Notes: generated from the sequence alone by a model not told the origin. Shown: positions 1-10,968, numbered from the stretch's first letter. The stretch: 64,000 bases of DNA from Squalus acanthias (GCA_030390025.1 CM059438.1:59956001-60020000); one strand, 5' to 3'. Made by a program: numbers and translations.

Positions 1-549
1 GGTGGAGTCACAGGGGGTCCAATGTGTCAAAAGCCGCAGTCGGTATGGGAAACGATAAACTTTAAAAAAAATTACTTTTTTACTGGGAATCACATCTGTG
101 AACAAGCCAACGACGACTCGTCGTTGGCTTGTTCACAGATGTGATTCCCAGTAAAAAAGTAAAAAAATTTAAAGTTTATCGTTTCCCATACCGACTGCGG
201 CTTTTGACACATTGGACCCCCTGTGACTCCACCTCATTGTCTCAGTTGTATCTTGCTATGTCTTTGATGTGGTACCTTCCTGGCTGACCTGATTGCCTTT
301 TGTCACACCTCGGCAGATAAACAGTCAGGATGATTTAAATGTAGTCGTCTGCCATTGTAAGTTACACATGCATTGTTCTCTATCTATATATGCTTTGTCG
401 AGTCTGTATTTCTTTACTTCACCTGAGGAAGGGGCCACGTAAGCTCCGAAAGCTTGTGATTTCAAATAAAACTGTTGGAATATAACCTGGTGTTGTGCGA
501 CTTCTCATTGTTGTCCACCCCAGTCCAACACCGGCATCTCCGCATCATG
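1..549 (+). mobile_element. Penelope-like element (PLE) 3' end with inverted 5' arm; inserted into the ERV gag
   Basis: 1-116 and 118-233 are reverse complements around a 1-nt loop (C117). 419-549 matches the PLE terminus seen again at 38735-38855 and 50098-50224 (ctgaNgaagg..gctccgaaagcttgtgatttcaaataaa..ccaccccagtccaacaccggcatctcc). The left arm probably continues outside the window. Confidence 0.8.
419..459 (+). ncRNA. Minimal type I hammerhead ribozyme (PLE-associated)
   Basis: tcac-CTGAGGA-a-ggggc(cacgtaa)gctcc-GAAA-gc-tt-gtga: core CUGANGA/GAAA, stem II, palindromic AGCU stem III, stem I tcac/gtga. Confidence 0.65.
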
Positions 550-609
550 TCCAAGGGAGGAGACAGAGGGGAACCTAAGCTGGTACCCTCCGCACCCTCC
601 GAACAATGA
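550..609 (+). pseudogene. gag: C-terminal remnant of ERV Gag with PSAP motif
   Basis: Reads ..EPKLVPSAPSEQ* with TGA at 607-609 directly upstream of the protease. P(S/T)AP is a canonical retroviral late-domain motif. The upstream part is displaced by the PLE. Confidence 0.55.
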
Positions 610-620
610 AGGGGTCGTAA

Positions 621-3600
621 CAGCCAGTATCATACCTGTGCCCACTCAGGTATGACAGCCACGGAAGACCGACCGTGGATTTAATAGTAGAAGGAAAGAA
701 AGGGGAATACCTGGTAGATACAGGGGCGTCGCATACCGCGGTCCACGCGAAGGATCCGCGGAGGTCCAATTGGTCGAGCGGCGAACCCTACGTTTTGGGA
801 GGATTTACAGGAAATACGCTGGTTGGTACGGTATCAAAACCTCTTTGCATACAAGTGGGGCCACTCGAAACAAAGTGGGTGCGCATATTAATGAATTGGG
901 ACGAGGAGAGAGGAGGTACTGGGATCCGACTGCATGGATGCAAATGGCTTTGTGATAGATCTAGTTAATCACTGTTTAGGGAAGGGCAGTGAAGGACAGG
1001 GCGTTCTGCTGGATGGGCAAGGAAAGGTGTGTGTGGTTTCGGGAAAGGGAGCATACGACTGGGAGGCATTAGTGAAAAGAAGCCCGGAGTAGAGTAAAGC
1101 CATTATAGAGCAGAAGGGGGCGTTTGCCCAACACAAACAGGACTGCGGGAGAATACCAGGAGTAGAGGTGGTAGTAGAGGGAGAAGCTATGAAAACCCCG
1201 CAGAGGCAATATAATTTCCCCAAAGAAGCAGAGAGGGATTTAGAGGTAACGGTAAAGTCCCTCGTGGATCAAGGGGTCTTAAGACCTCTGGCAACACACG
1301 TAAATTCACCCATTTGGCCTGTTAAGAAACCAGATGGATCATGGAGGACGACAATCGATGATAGGGTATTAAATAAGAACATTCCAGCACGTGCCCCAAC
1401 GGTCGCTGCTGTGGCAGAGTTAATTGGCTGTATACCAAGCTCCGCGGAAGCTTACGCTGTGTTGGATATTTCTAATGGGTTTTGGTCTATTCCGATGAGA
1501 AAAGAAGATCAGTACAAATTTTCCTTCACCTTTAAAGGGCAGCAGTACACGTGGACATGTCTGTCACAAGGGTTTCATAATAGTCCGTCAATATTCCATC
1601 AGCAAATGGCTAAGTGTTTCGAAGCGTTCTCCGGCAGGGACAAGCTGATCCAGTATGTGGATGACTTGTTACTATTCACAGAGACTCCTGAGGAACATAT
1701 GGTGTTGCTGGAGGAGTTGTTGTAGCTCCTGATGCGACGCGGGTTGAAGGTAAACCCTAAAAAGGCCCAGATAGGGCAAAAGGAGGTACAATTTTTGGGG
1801 CTCACACTGAGACTGGGAGAGAGAGGCATAGATGAGACAAAAAGGAAAGTTACCGATACCAGAGGATGTTTCGGCTTTAAGATCATTTTTAGGACTGACG
1901 GGATATTGCCGTGAGTTTACAGAAAATTATGCAGGTATAGTTCGACCTTTGTACACATTACCACGGCAGTCAGCCAAATGGGAGTGGACAGAGGAATGTG
2001 AGAGGGCTTTTCACACACTTAAGGAAAAGCTGCAAACAGCCCCAGCCTTGGGAGCGATAGACCCTATGCAGAATTTCTGACCAGAATGCGCAGCTACGGA
2101 AGCTAGTTTAAGTGCAGTACGGTTACAATCAGCCCATGGGAAACTTAGACCGGTAGCGTACGCTTCTCGGACATTAACTCCGATAGAAATGGTGTACTCA
2201 TCGTGTGAGAGACATCTGTTAGCTACCTGTTGGGCAGTTAAGCACTTTGCTGTATTTACGGGAATCGCCACGGTAACCCTGAGAGCGGGACATACTCTGA
2301 CGAGATTATTGGTAGATGGGAGAATTAAAGAAGGGAGGGTGTCCAGCCCTACTATCAGTAGATGGAGCGTGCTATTGGGGTCATATGATCTGAAGGTGGA
2401 ACCATTGAACCACCCGACCCTCGCCGTAAATATGGGATACATGGGAAAACCCCATCAATGTACAGTAGAGGGGGTGTGGGAAACAGAAGGAGGATTTAAG
2501 AAGGGCATTCACCCACAGGGGAGAGACATCATTGTAGATGGATCCAGTTATATGGAAAAGGGAGAAAGGCAGACGGGATGTGGGGTTTGGGATCCGAGTA
2601 ATGAGATAGCTGTGTCACTGAAATTACCGAATCATCTGAGTGCACAGCAAGCGGGGTTGGTTGCTATTGCATATGTAGTAACCCACCCAACTGAGTTCCC
2701 ACCACCAGAGACCGTCCATTCGGATTCTATGTTTGTTTGTAATTCACTGACGGAGTTTCTAGCGATTTGGGAAAAGCGAGGATTTCGATCAGCAGACGGG
2801 AAGCCACTCTTTAAGGCCCTACGCTGAAGACGGTGCAGCAGGTGATCAGGAACAATGAAGGAAAATAGGACTCTTTTATACACAAAGTGAAGGCTCACTC
2901 TAGGACAGAGCCGAGATGGAAAGGAAACGAGAAAGCAGACATGCTGGCAAAGAAAGGCGCTGTAGGAGGAGTGTCTTGGGATCCCATGGAAGGAATGGGT
3001 GAAATAGCAATGATGGCAGTGGTTGAGCCAGTGAGGGTGAGTGATCTTAGGCAAACTAGAAAAGGGGGAGACTGTTGAGGGACCCTATGGAAGACCTGAA
3101 GTGGGTGGTACCTACAGCCAGAGGGAGGATTTTCTCTGATTAGTACATGGGGGGCCGGGAGCAGGGCATCCTAGTGTAGAGGAAACGTGGAGAAGAGTAA
3201 ATGCAGTGGGATGGTGGCCTCATCAGAGGGAGGATGTGGAGGATTTTCATCATAATTGTCTGATTTGTGCGGCCAATAATCCAGACCCACATAGGAGAAA
3301 GGCAGCTTTGGGCACGCCCGAAGATCAGAAGGGCCTTGGCAGTGTGTGCAGAGAGATTTCATAGGACCTCTCGCAACTTCCAACAGAGGGAATAAGTACT
3401 GTTTAGTTCTGGTAGATCACTTCACCAAATGGGTTGAGGCGTTTCCATGTAAGGCAGCTACTGCCCTAACTACGGCTAAAATCCTGGTGAAGGAGGTATT
3501 CTCTAGATGGGGACTACCACGGATCGTGGAATCAGATCAGGGAAGTCACTTTACTGGACCGGTAATGCAAGCGACTTTGAAACTCCTGGGTATTGAAGGG

Positions 3601-4421
3601 AAATGGCATGTAAGCCATAATCCGCAGTCCTCAGGGATTGTAGAGCGCATGAATAGAACCCTAAAAGAAAGACTTAGGAAAGAACTGGATGAACAAAAGA
3701 AGAGATGGGATGAAGTGTTACCACTGGTGTTGATGAATATTAGGGGGAGTACCTCTCGTACAACAGGGTATTCACCCCATGAGTTGATGACAGGGGGACC
3801 TATGAAAACACCGGTACACCTATTGGTACCTGTTCTGACTGAAAGACAGGAGAAGGAAGTAACTCGGGACAGATTTGTGAGAGACCTGAAGAAACAGGTA
3901 GAGGAGCTCTGTAGACAAGCTGCAGGGAATATTGGCAGAAAACATCAAACCAATAAAATGAATTTAGAACCACACAAACCATAGGAATGGGACATAGGGG
4001 ATCAGGTGATGGTGAGGAATTATGCTCGGGTAGGAGTGTTTGAACCGCTGTATAAGGGACCGTATAATATTGTGGGAAAAGCTAGCCCACTGGTATATGT
4101 GGTACAACTCCCCAAGAAGGTAAAATGGTTCCACATCAATTAAGTGAAACTGTACAAACCCCAATGGAAACAACAGAGAGCGGAAGGGACTGTTATGAGT
4201 ATGATAAAATGGTGGACCATGGAAGATGAGTACCTATGGTGATACAGCCACAGAGACAGCCACAAGGGCCACCAGTATCAGTCCCAGCCCCTCGAAGAAT
4301 GGCAACAGAAGGTGCCAACAGAAAGGGAGAGAGCCCAAAGGGCGCTAGCCCGAGAGGCCCGAAATATAACTTGAGGAGTCATAAATGCCAAGGGCCGCAT
4401 GTAAATTCTGTAAATGAATAA
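621..4421 (+). pseudogene. pol: ERV pro-pol pseudogene (aspartic protease, RT, degenerate RNase H/tether, RNase H, integrase)
   Basis: PR: YLVDTGAS (D at 717). RT: NSPIWPVKKPDGSWR, LDISNGFWSIP, LSQGFHNSP, QYVDDLLL. RH1: LRPVAYASRTLTPIEMVYSSCERHLLA. RH2: IIVDGSS..SAQQAGLVAI..HSDS..KAHS..GNEKADMLAKKGA. IN: H..H..CLIC (3145-3270), DFIGPL, ESDQGSHF, QSSGIVERMNRTLK, and YKGPYNIV (GPY/F). Confidence 0.93.
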
Positions 4422-4534
4422 GTTACTTATTTAACCAATCGGATCTGCGTAGCCTGGATAGTGTAGTAGGGGCCAGCGCAGAGCGGACCTTTGTTTATTT
4501 TATTTTACAATGAGAAAGGGAAAAGGAGGAAAAG

Positions 4535-5655
4535 ATGAAGAGTGTGTTGGCGCTTCTCTTGGGAATCGTGTGGTGGAAAGTGTGACCTCCGAAGTAGATT
4601 GGCGCTCATCGACGGTCACCTACCTGGGGAAAACGGCCGAAGCTGAAACATACTCTATGGAACTGTATTTTGCCTGGCCTTTTGACAGTAATAATAGCTC
4701 TGAAAATGGGGGCAACAGGATGCAAGGGTAACTTAGCTTTGGTAAAGGTGATAGAGGTAAAGGAAGGGGGATGAATTTGTGTAAAATATAGCTTTGAGTC
4801 ACCCGGGGATGGTAACAGGTGCACAATACCTAAATTACGTAATGCCACAGATGTAGTACTCACGCCTGCACCGGAAAAACCTAGTGTGGAAAGGTTAAAT
4901 GTAGAACCGACTGTACCTGTAAGACTACGAAACCAATCACTCTGTGAGTGACGGTATAGTCTACCATTGGCCAAATTGGAATAAGCAATACGAAGGCAGA
5001 TATTATTGCGGGCGTAGTGCATTTGGGAATAATGTAGCAGGAAAGAGTGCGAGTAAAGAAGATGTAAACCATCAAACTATAATAATGTATCAGTTAAAAA
5101 CGGCACCAAAGAAAACACCCGAATTAAAACAACACAAATCTCCAGAGTGTCCAAAGCAAATACCAGGACCCAAAAATGACCTGGGATTGGTCCCAACCAA
5201 TCAGATTTTATATCAAAACGTACTTTATCAGATAATTTCAGTTATTTTGAATTTGACCGAGGCAAGATGGCCGAGCTGGTGTAAAAGAGACTCCCAAAAG
5301 CTGATCGATAAAATGCGGCAACAAGTAGTTAAAGATTTTTGGGGGGACACTGGAGATTCATGGGAATCCAAAGATTTGAAAAATCATTAGGGAGAAGTGG
5401 TCTACTCCACCTACTACAGTGGTCACGACCCAAAGCCCACAAGGAAAAGGGAAGAGAAGGAGTTTGATTAATGATAAAGTGACAGGAGTCAATACAGCAG
5501 GAATGGCTTATAATAGATTAAATTTAGTAACAATGAACAGCGAATTAAGGAAAGCTAAGCAGCAAATCAAAAGTATCTTACAGCAAAGCAATAATTTAAC
5601 GCAACAGCAACTATACGAGGACCTGATAATGACTTGCCATTTATTGGGAACGGTA
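4535..5655 (+). pseudogene. env: ERV env, 5' part (signal peptide, N-terminal domain, F2-like segment, basic cleavage site, fusion peptide/heptad repeat)
   Basis: MKSVLALLLGI signal-like start at 4535; GLVPTNQILYQNVLYQIISVILNLT..WC; KGKRR|SLINDKVTGVNTAGMAYN followed by the heptad LVTMNSELRKAKQQIKSILQQSNNL. Frameshifted. Confidence 0.75.
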
Positions 5656-8600
5656 GCATAGTGGTAATATTACTGGGCTAGTAATCCAAGAAACTTGGAC
5701 TGAATGATCCAGAGACGTGAGTTCAAATCCCACCACGGCAGCTGGGGAATTTAAATTCAGTTAATTAAATAAATCTGGAATAAAAAGCTAGTATCAGTAA
5801 TGGTGACCATGAAACTATCGGATTGTCGTTTAAAAACCCATCTGGTTCACTAATGTCCTTTAGGGAAGGAAATCTGCCGTCCTTACCTGGTCTGGCCTAT
5901 ATGTGACTCCAGACCCACCGCAATCTGGTTGACTCTTAACTGCCCTCTGAAATGGCCTAGCAAGCCACTCAGTTGTAATAAACCACCATGAAACACAATA
6001 ATAAGAATGAAACCGGACGGACCACTCGGCATTGGCACCGGCTATGGACACAATGGCACACCCAGCCCAGTCGACCCTGCAAAGTCCTCCTCACCAACAT
6101 GGGGAGAGCTGTCCCACAGACAAGTCAAGCAACAGCCTGACATAGTCATACTCACAGAATCATACCTTTCAACCAATGTCACAAGCTCCTACATCACCAT
6201 CACCATCCCTGGGTATGTCCTGTCCCACTGGCAGGACAGACCCACCAGGGGTGGCAGCACAGTGGTATACAGTTGGGAAGGAGTGTCCCTGGGAGTACTT
6301 AACATTGACTCCAGACCCCATGAAGTCTCATGGCTTCGGTCAAGCATGGGCAAGTGAAACCTCCTGCTGATTACAACCTACTGCCCTCTCTCAGCTGATG
6401 AATCAGTACTCCTCCATGTTGAACACCATTTGGAAGAAGCACTGAGAGTAGCAAGGGCACAGAATGTAATCTGGGTGGGTGATTTCAATGTCCATCACCA
6501 AAGAGTAGCTCGGTCGCACCACTGCTGGCCGAGTGCTGAAGGACACAGCTGCCAGTCTGGGCCTGCGAAAGGTGATGAGAGAACCAACACGAGGGAAAAA
6601 CCTCGTCATCATCCATCTGTCTATGACCGCATTGGTAGCAGTGACCACCGCACAGTCATTGTGGAGACGAAGTCCCGTCTTCACACTGAGGACACCCTCC
6701 ATCATGTTGTGTGGCACTACCACCGTGCTAAATGGGATAGATTCATAACAGCTCAAAACTGGGAATCCATGAGGCGCTGTGGGGCAGCAGCAGATTTGTA
6801 TTCCACCACAATCTGTAACCTCATGGCCCGGCATATCCCTCACTCTACCATTACCACCAAGCCAGAGGAGCAACCCTGGTTCAATAAGGAGTGTAGAAAA
6901 GCATGCCAAGAGCAGGCATAGCTAAAAATGAGGTGCCAACCTGGGGAAGCTGCAACACAGGACTACATGCATGCTAAAAAGCGGAAGCAGCATGCTATAG
7001 ACAGGGCTAAGAGATCCCACGATCAAAGATCTGCAGTCCTGCCACATCCAGTCGTGAATGGTGGTGGACCATTAAACAACTAACGGGAGGAGAAGGCTCT
7101 ATGAATATCCCCATCCTCAATGATGGTGGAGCCCAGCACGTGAGTGCAAAAGACAAGGCTGAAGTGTTTGCAACCATCTTCAGCCAGAAGTGCCGAGTGG
7201 ATGATCCATATCGGCCTACTCCTGAGGTCCCCACCATCACAGAAGCCAGTCTTCAGCCAATTCAATTCATTCCACATGATATCGAGAAACGGCTGAGCGC
7301 ACTGGATACAGCAAAGGCTATGGGCCCCGACAACATCCCGGCTGTTGTGCTGAAGACTTGTGATCCAGAACTAGCCGCGCCTCTAGCCAAGCTGTTCCAG
7401 TACAGCTACAACACTGGCATCTATCCGACAATGTGGAAAACTGCCCAGGTATGTCCTGTCCACAGAAAGCAGGACAAATCCAATCTGGCCAATTACCACA
7501 TCATCAGTCTACACTCAATCATCAGCAAAGTGATGGAAGGTGTCATCGACAGTGCTATCAAGCGGCACTTACTCACAAATAACCTGCTCACTGATGCCCA
7601 GTTTGGGTTCCGCCAAGACCACTCGGCTCCCGACCTCATTACAGCCTTGGTCCAAACATGGACAAAGGAGTTGAATTCCAGAGGTGAGGTGAGAGTGACT
7701 GTCCTTGACATCAAGGCAGCATTTGACCAAGTGTGGCATGAAGGAGCCCTAGTAAAACTGAAGTCGATTGGAATCGGGGGTAAACTCTCCACTTGCTCGA
7801 GTCATACCTAGCACAAAGGAAGATGGTTGTGGTGGTTGAAGGTCAATCATTACAGCCCCAGGACATCGCTGCAGGAGTTCCTCAGGGCAGTCCTAGGCCA
7901 AACCATCTTCAGCTACTTCATCAATGACCTTCCCTCCAACATAAGGTCAGAAATGGGGATGTTCGCTGATGACTGCACAGTGTTCAGTGCCATTCACACT
8001 TCCTCTGATAATGAAGCCGTCTTTGCCCGCATGCAACAAGACCTGGATGACGTTCAGGCTTGGGCTGATAAGTGGCAGGTAACATTCGTGCCGCACAAGT
8101 GCCAGACAATGACTATCTCCAACAAGCGAGTGCCTAACCACCACCCTTTCACATTCAACAGCATTACCATCACCGAATCCCCCACCATCAACATCCTGAG
8201 GGTCACCATTGACCAGAAACTTAACTGGACCAGCCACATAAAAACTGTGGCAACAAGAGCAGGTCAGAGGCTAGGTATTCTGTGGCGAGTGTCTCACCTC
8301 CTGACTCCCCAAAGCCTTTCCACCATCTACAAGGCACAAGCCAGGAGTGTGATGGAATACTCTCCACTTGCCTGGATGAGTGCAGCTCCAACAACACTCA
8401 AGAAGCTCGACACCATCCAGGACAAAGCAGCTGGCTTGATTGGAACCCCATCCACCACCTTAAACATTCACTCCCTCCACCACCGGCGTACTGTGGCTGC
8501 AGGGTGCACCATCTACAAGATGCACTGCAGCAACTCGCCAAGGCTTCTTCGGCAGCACCTCACAAACCCGCGACCTCTTCCACCTAGAAGGACAAGGGCA

Positions 8601-8865
8601 GCAGGCGCATGGGATCACCACCACCTCCAAGTTCCTCTCCAAGTCACACACCATCCTGACTTAGAAGTATATCACCGATGCTTCATCGTCGCTGGGTCAA
8701 AATCCTGGAACTCCCTCCCTAACAGCACTGTGGGAGTTCCTTCACCACACGGACTGCAGCGGTTCAAGAAGGCGGCTCACCGCCACCTTCTCAAGGGCAA
8801 TTGGGGATGGGCAATGAATGCTGGCCTTGCCAGCGACGCCCACATCCCATGAACGCATAAAAAAA
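5652..8865 (+). mobile_element. Near full-length CR1-group LINE (family A: APE endonuclease + RT) with tRNA-derived head, inserted in env
   Basis: EN motifs PDIVILTESYL, WVGDFNVHH, GSSDH. RT motifs AMGPDNIP, QFGFRQ, LDIKAAFD, FADD. 3' tail caagggcaattggggatgggc..cacatccc + A-run. Possible TSD aacggta (5649-5655) / aacagta (8864-8870). Confidence 0.92.
5654..5729 (+). promoter_or_regulatory. Internal Pol III type 2 promoter (A box / B box) at the LINE 5' end
   Basis: A box TAGCATAGTGG (5654-5664) and B box GTTCAAATC (5721-5729). Confidence 0.7.
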
Positions 8866-8870
8866 CAGTA

Positions 8871-10061
8871 AAATCACTAATCCTATTTTAGATACTGCTA
8901 GAAAGGTGGATCAGCTCATCAAGGAAGATCGAAATGCTAGCACAGAGGCAGCTCAGAATGACGTGTGCATAATGTATGGGAGTTGGTTAGTAGAACAAAC
9001 CTGCCATAATTTAGAGAAATTAGAGGACAGATACGTACCTGATTGGATTAGCAATGAACACTTAACAAAATTGACAGATTATGAAATTTCACCTAAATTG
9101 AATATATGTAAATTAAAGAAGGTTGATTAAGGCTCAAGTAGTATAGTCCTGCTAATGATACAGTGGTAGGAATAGTGTTGAAATTCCCTCTCATAACTCC
9201 AAACCATCAGGGATATCCCCTGTTTAGAGTAGAAAACATTGGACATGTATTGTATGGGATGCAAATAGTAACGGAGCACTGAGACAATGCTCCTTATGTA
9301 GCCTAGAACGCCTCCGTGAGTGGAGCCGATAGGTGGATTCCCACAGACCTGGTGGGATGTCAGCAAGTGAGAGAGACAGTAATTTGTCCCCATAGACTAC
9401 ATGACCATAAAGGATCAGCATGTGGATTCTCTGGGAAGAGGGCAAATTGTCCCATGCAATCTACATCAGGAAGACATGGAGTTGTTAACTCTGCTTATAG
9501 AGGGAATGGAATGTATTGTGTAACCGCAACTGGAAAATCTTTTATTTATGGAAATAATTTGACATGCCGAGTTATACAACCAACCTTTTGTATTGAGCCT
9601 GCTCATGTGGTATTGATAGGACAGAGGATCCTACAACCCTCACACCTGGGAAAGGAAACTGGTATCAATGTATCAGACCCACTCGCTAATTTGAACATGG
9701 AAGAGTTTGGCTATGATATAAACTTACTTGAACCCGAAGTTCAGGCTAAAATAACTAAATTACTGAATGATCTTGATGTAACCCAGCATGTATTGTGGGA
9801 ATTAAAACAAAGACAAAGTGAAGTGGGGAAAGACATACAAAATATCAAAATTATCCCATGGTGGAAGCAATTATGGAATTGGGGAACTACAGTTGAGATA
9901 AATCCTTGGATAAGAATCGGGTATTGGTCATAATCCAATTGATCATTGTGATCTATTTGCTATGTCTGGCGATGGCGGAGAAAAGACGGCGGAAGAAGAA
10001 GAGACAGCGAAAGTTAATGCGTGAGGTCTTGGTTCAGCGAGAAGAGGAGAAGTTGGTTTAA
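8871..10061 (+). pseudogene. env: ERV env, 3' part (F1-like ectodomain, Cys-rich region, heptad, TM anchor, basic tail)
   Basis: VCIMYGSWL..VPDWI; frameshifted GIVLKFPLI..YPLFRVENIG; GCQQVRETVICP..CGFSG..CPM..NGMYCV..TC..FC; heptad ITKLLNDLDVTQHVLWELKQRQSEVGKDIQNI; WWKQLWNW. From 9921 (shifted frame): VLVIIQLIIVIYLLCLAM-AEKRRRKKKRQRK..LV* (stop 10059-10061). Confidence 0.8.
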
Positions 10062-10723
10062 AAGTGACTGATTCCCTGAGGAGTCAGTACATCAGTCACT
10101 TGGGGGTGGACTCCTGGAGCCAATCCTGCAGCAAGAACGCACTTAACTTAAAGTAAACCGACATTAAAGGGTTAAGCGGCTGTACTGTACAGGCAGTTTT
10201 GTAAATTGACCAATCATAAGAAATTGACCAAGCTTCGTATCCCAGCATGCCTCGAGGAACCAACAGGACTTTTAAATGAACTTTTAAAACAAGCTGTGAG
10301 TTGAACGGAATGCAGGAGGAAATTATTCACACAGAGACACAGACACGATTGATTGACTTTAGGAATATGCGAACCAAGGAAGTAGCTGGAGTATTCAGAC
10401 CACACAGTGACAACTAACTGTCCTGTCCATTGAACTTCTGTGGTCAGGCTGTTAACAAGACTTACAAATCAGCACGACAGGTAACGACCATGGTTCCACC
10501 GAGTCTGGATCGGTTCCCTCATCCTTTGGAGATGTTAATATCAAAATTGTTGCTGGAGTAAAACCCATTCGCCAACCTTTCAGAATGCTGATGAGCCCTA
10601 AACTTTTCCCCATCAAAACACCTTTGTGTGATAATGGACTATTCACTGACCCAGGATGGAGAAGTGATCAAATCAAGTACTCTACAGATTTGCAGAAACA
10701 GACAAGAGTAAGATGGTACAATC

Positions 10724-10734
10724 AAAGGGGGGAG
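10724..10734 (+). other. Polypurine tract of the ERV
   Basis: AAAGGGGGGAG downstream of env, followed within 2 nt by TG. Confidence 0.7.
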
Positions 10735-10735
10735 T

Positions 10736-10968
10736 TGCGTCAATCAATTGTCACGGGTATGATTTTTGTATTATAAAAAGGGTGCGTTTAGGGACAAATT
10801 TCAGCAACTTGCAAAGGAACTGCGGATGGATTTGATCACCCATATAGATGGAAACATACTCCTCCGAATGATCGTCGGAGTGAGTGGTGTTTGAAATTAA
10901 AGAGAGTTAAAGGAAACAGTGTGTGTGAGTACTGTTTGAAGTTAAAGGGAACAGTGCATTGACATTTG
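10736..10968 (+). repeat. Probable truncated 3' LTR (U3)
   Basis: Begins TG just after the PPT. Contains an imperfect tandem duplication (gtgagt..tgtttgaa.ttaaag..aacagtg, about 10880-10957). Cut off by a CR1 3' fragment. No 5' LTR in the window to confirm. Confidence 0.5.

Larger units (their letters stand above)
550..10968 (+). mobile_element. Decayed endogenous retrovirus, lokiretrovirus-like (gag tail-pro-pol-env-3' region-PPT-partial 3' LTR)
   Basis: Ordered PR, RT, two RNase H-type domains, IN, env with fusion-protein features, and a polypurine tract. Many stops and frameshifts. Interrupted by a LINE at 5652-8865. Confidence 0.85.

Noticed and set aside
621..4421. Foamy (spuma) virus assignment from YVDD and YNLR
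   Set aside because: Gypsy-like first RNase H, GPY/F integrase tail, F-like env and a CCHC gag with in-frame pol in the sister fragment do not fit foamy viruses. Needs a phylogeny to exclude fully.
4535..10061. Domesticated (syncytin-like) env gene
   Set aside because: Multiple stops and frameshifts and a 3.2-kb LINE insertion; not intact.
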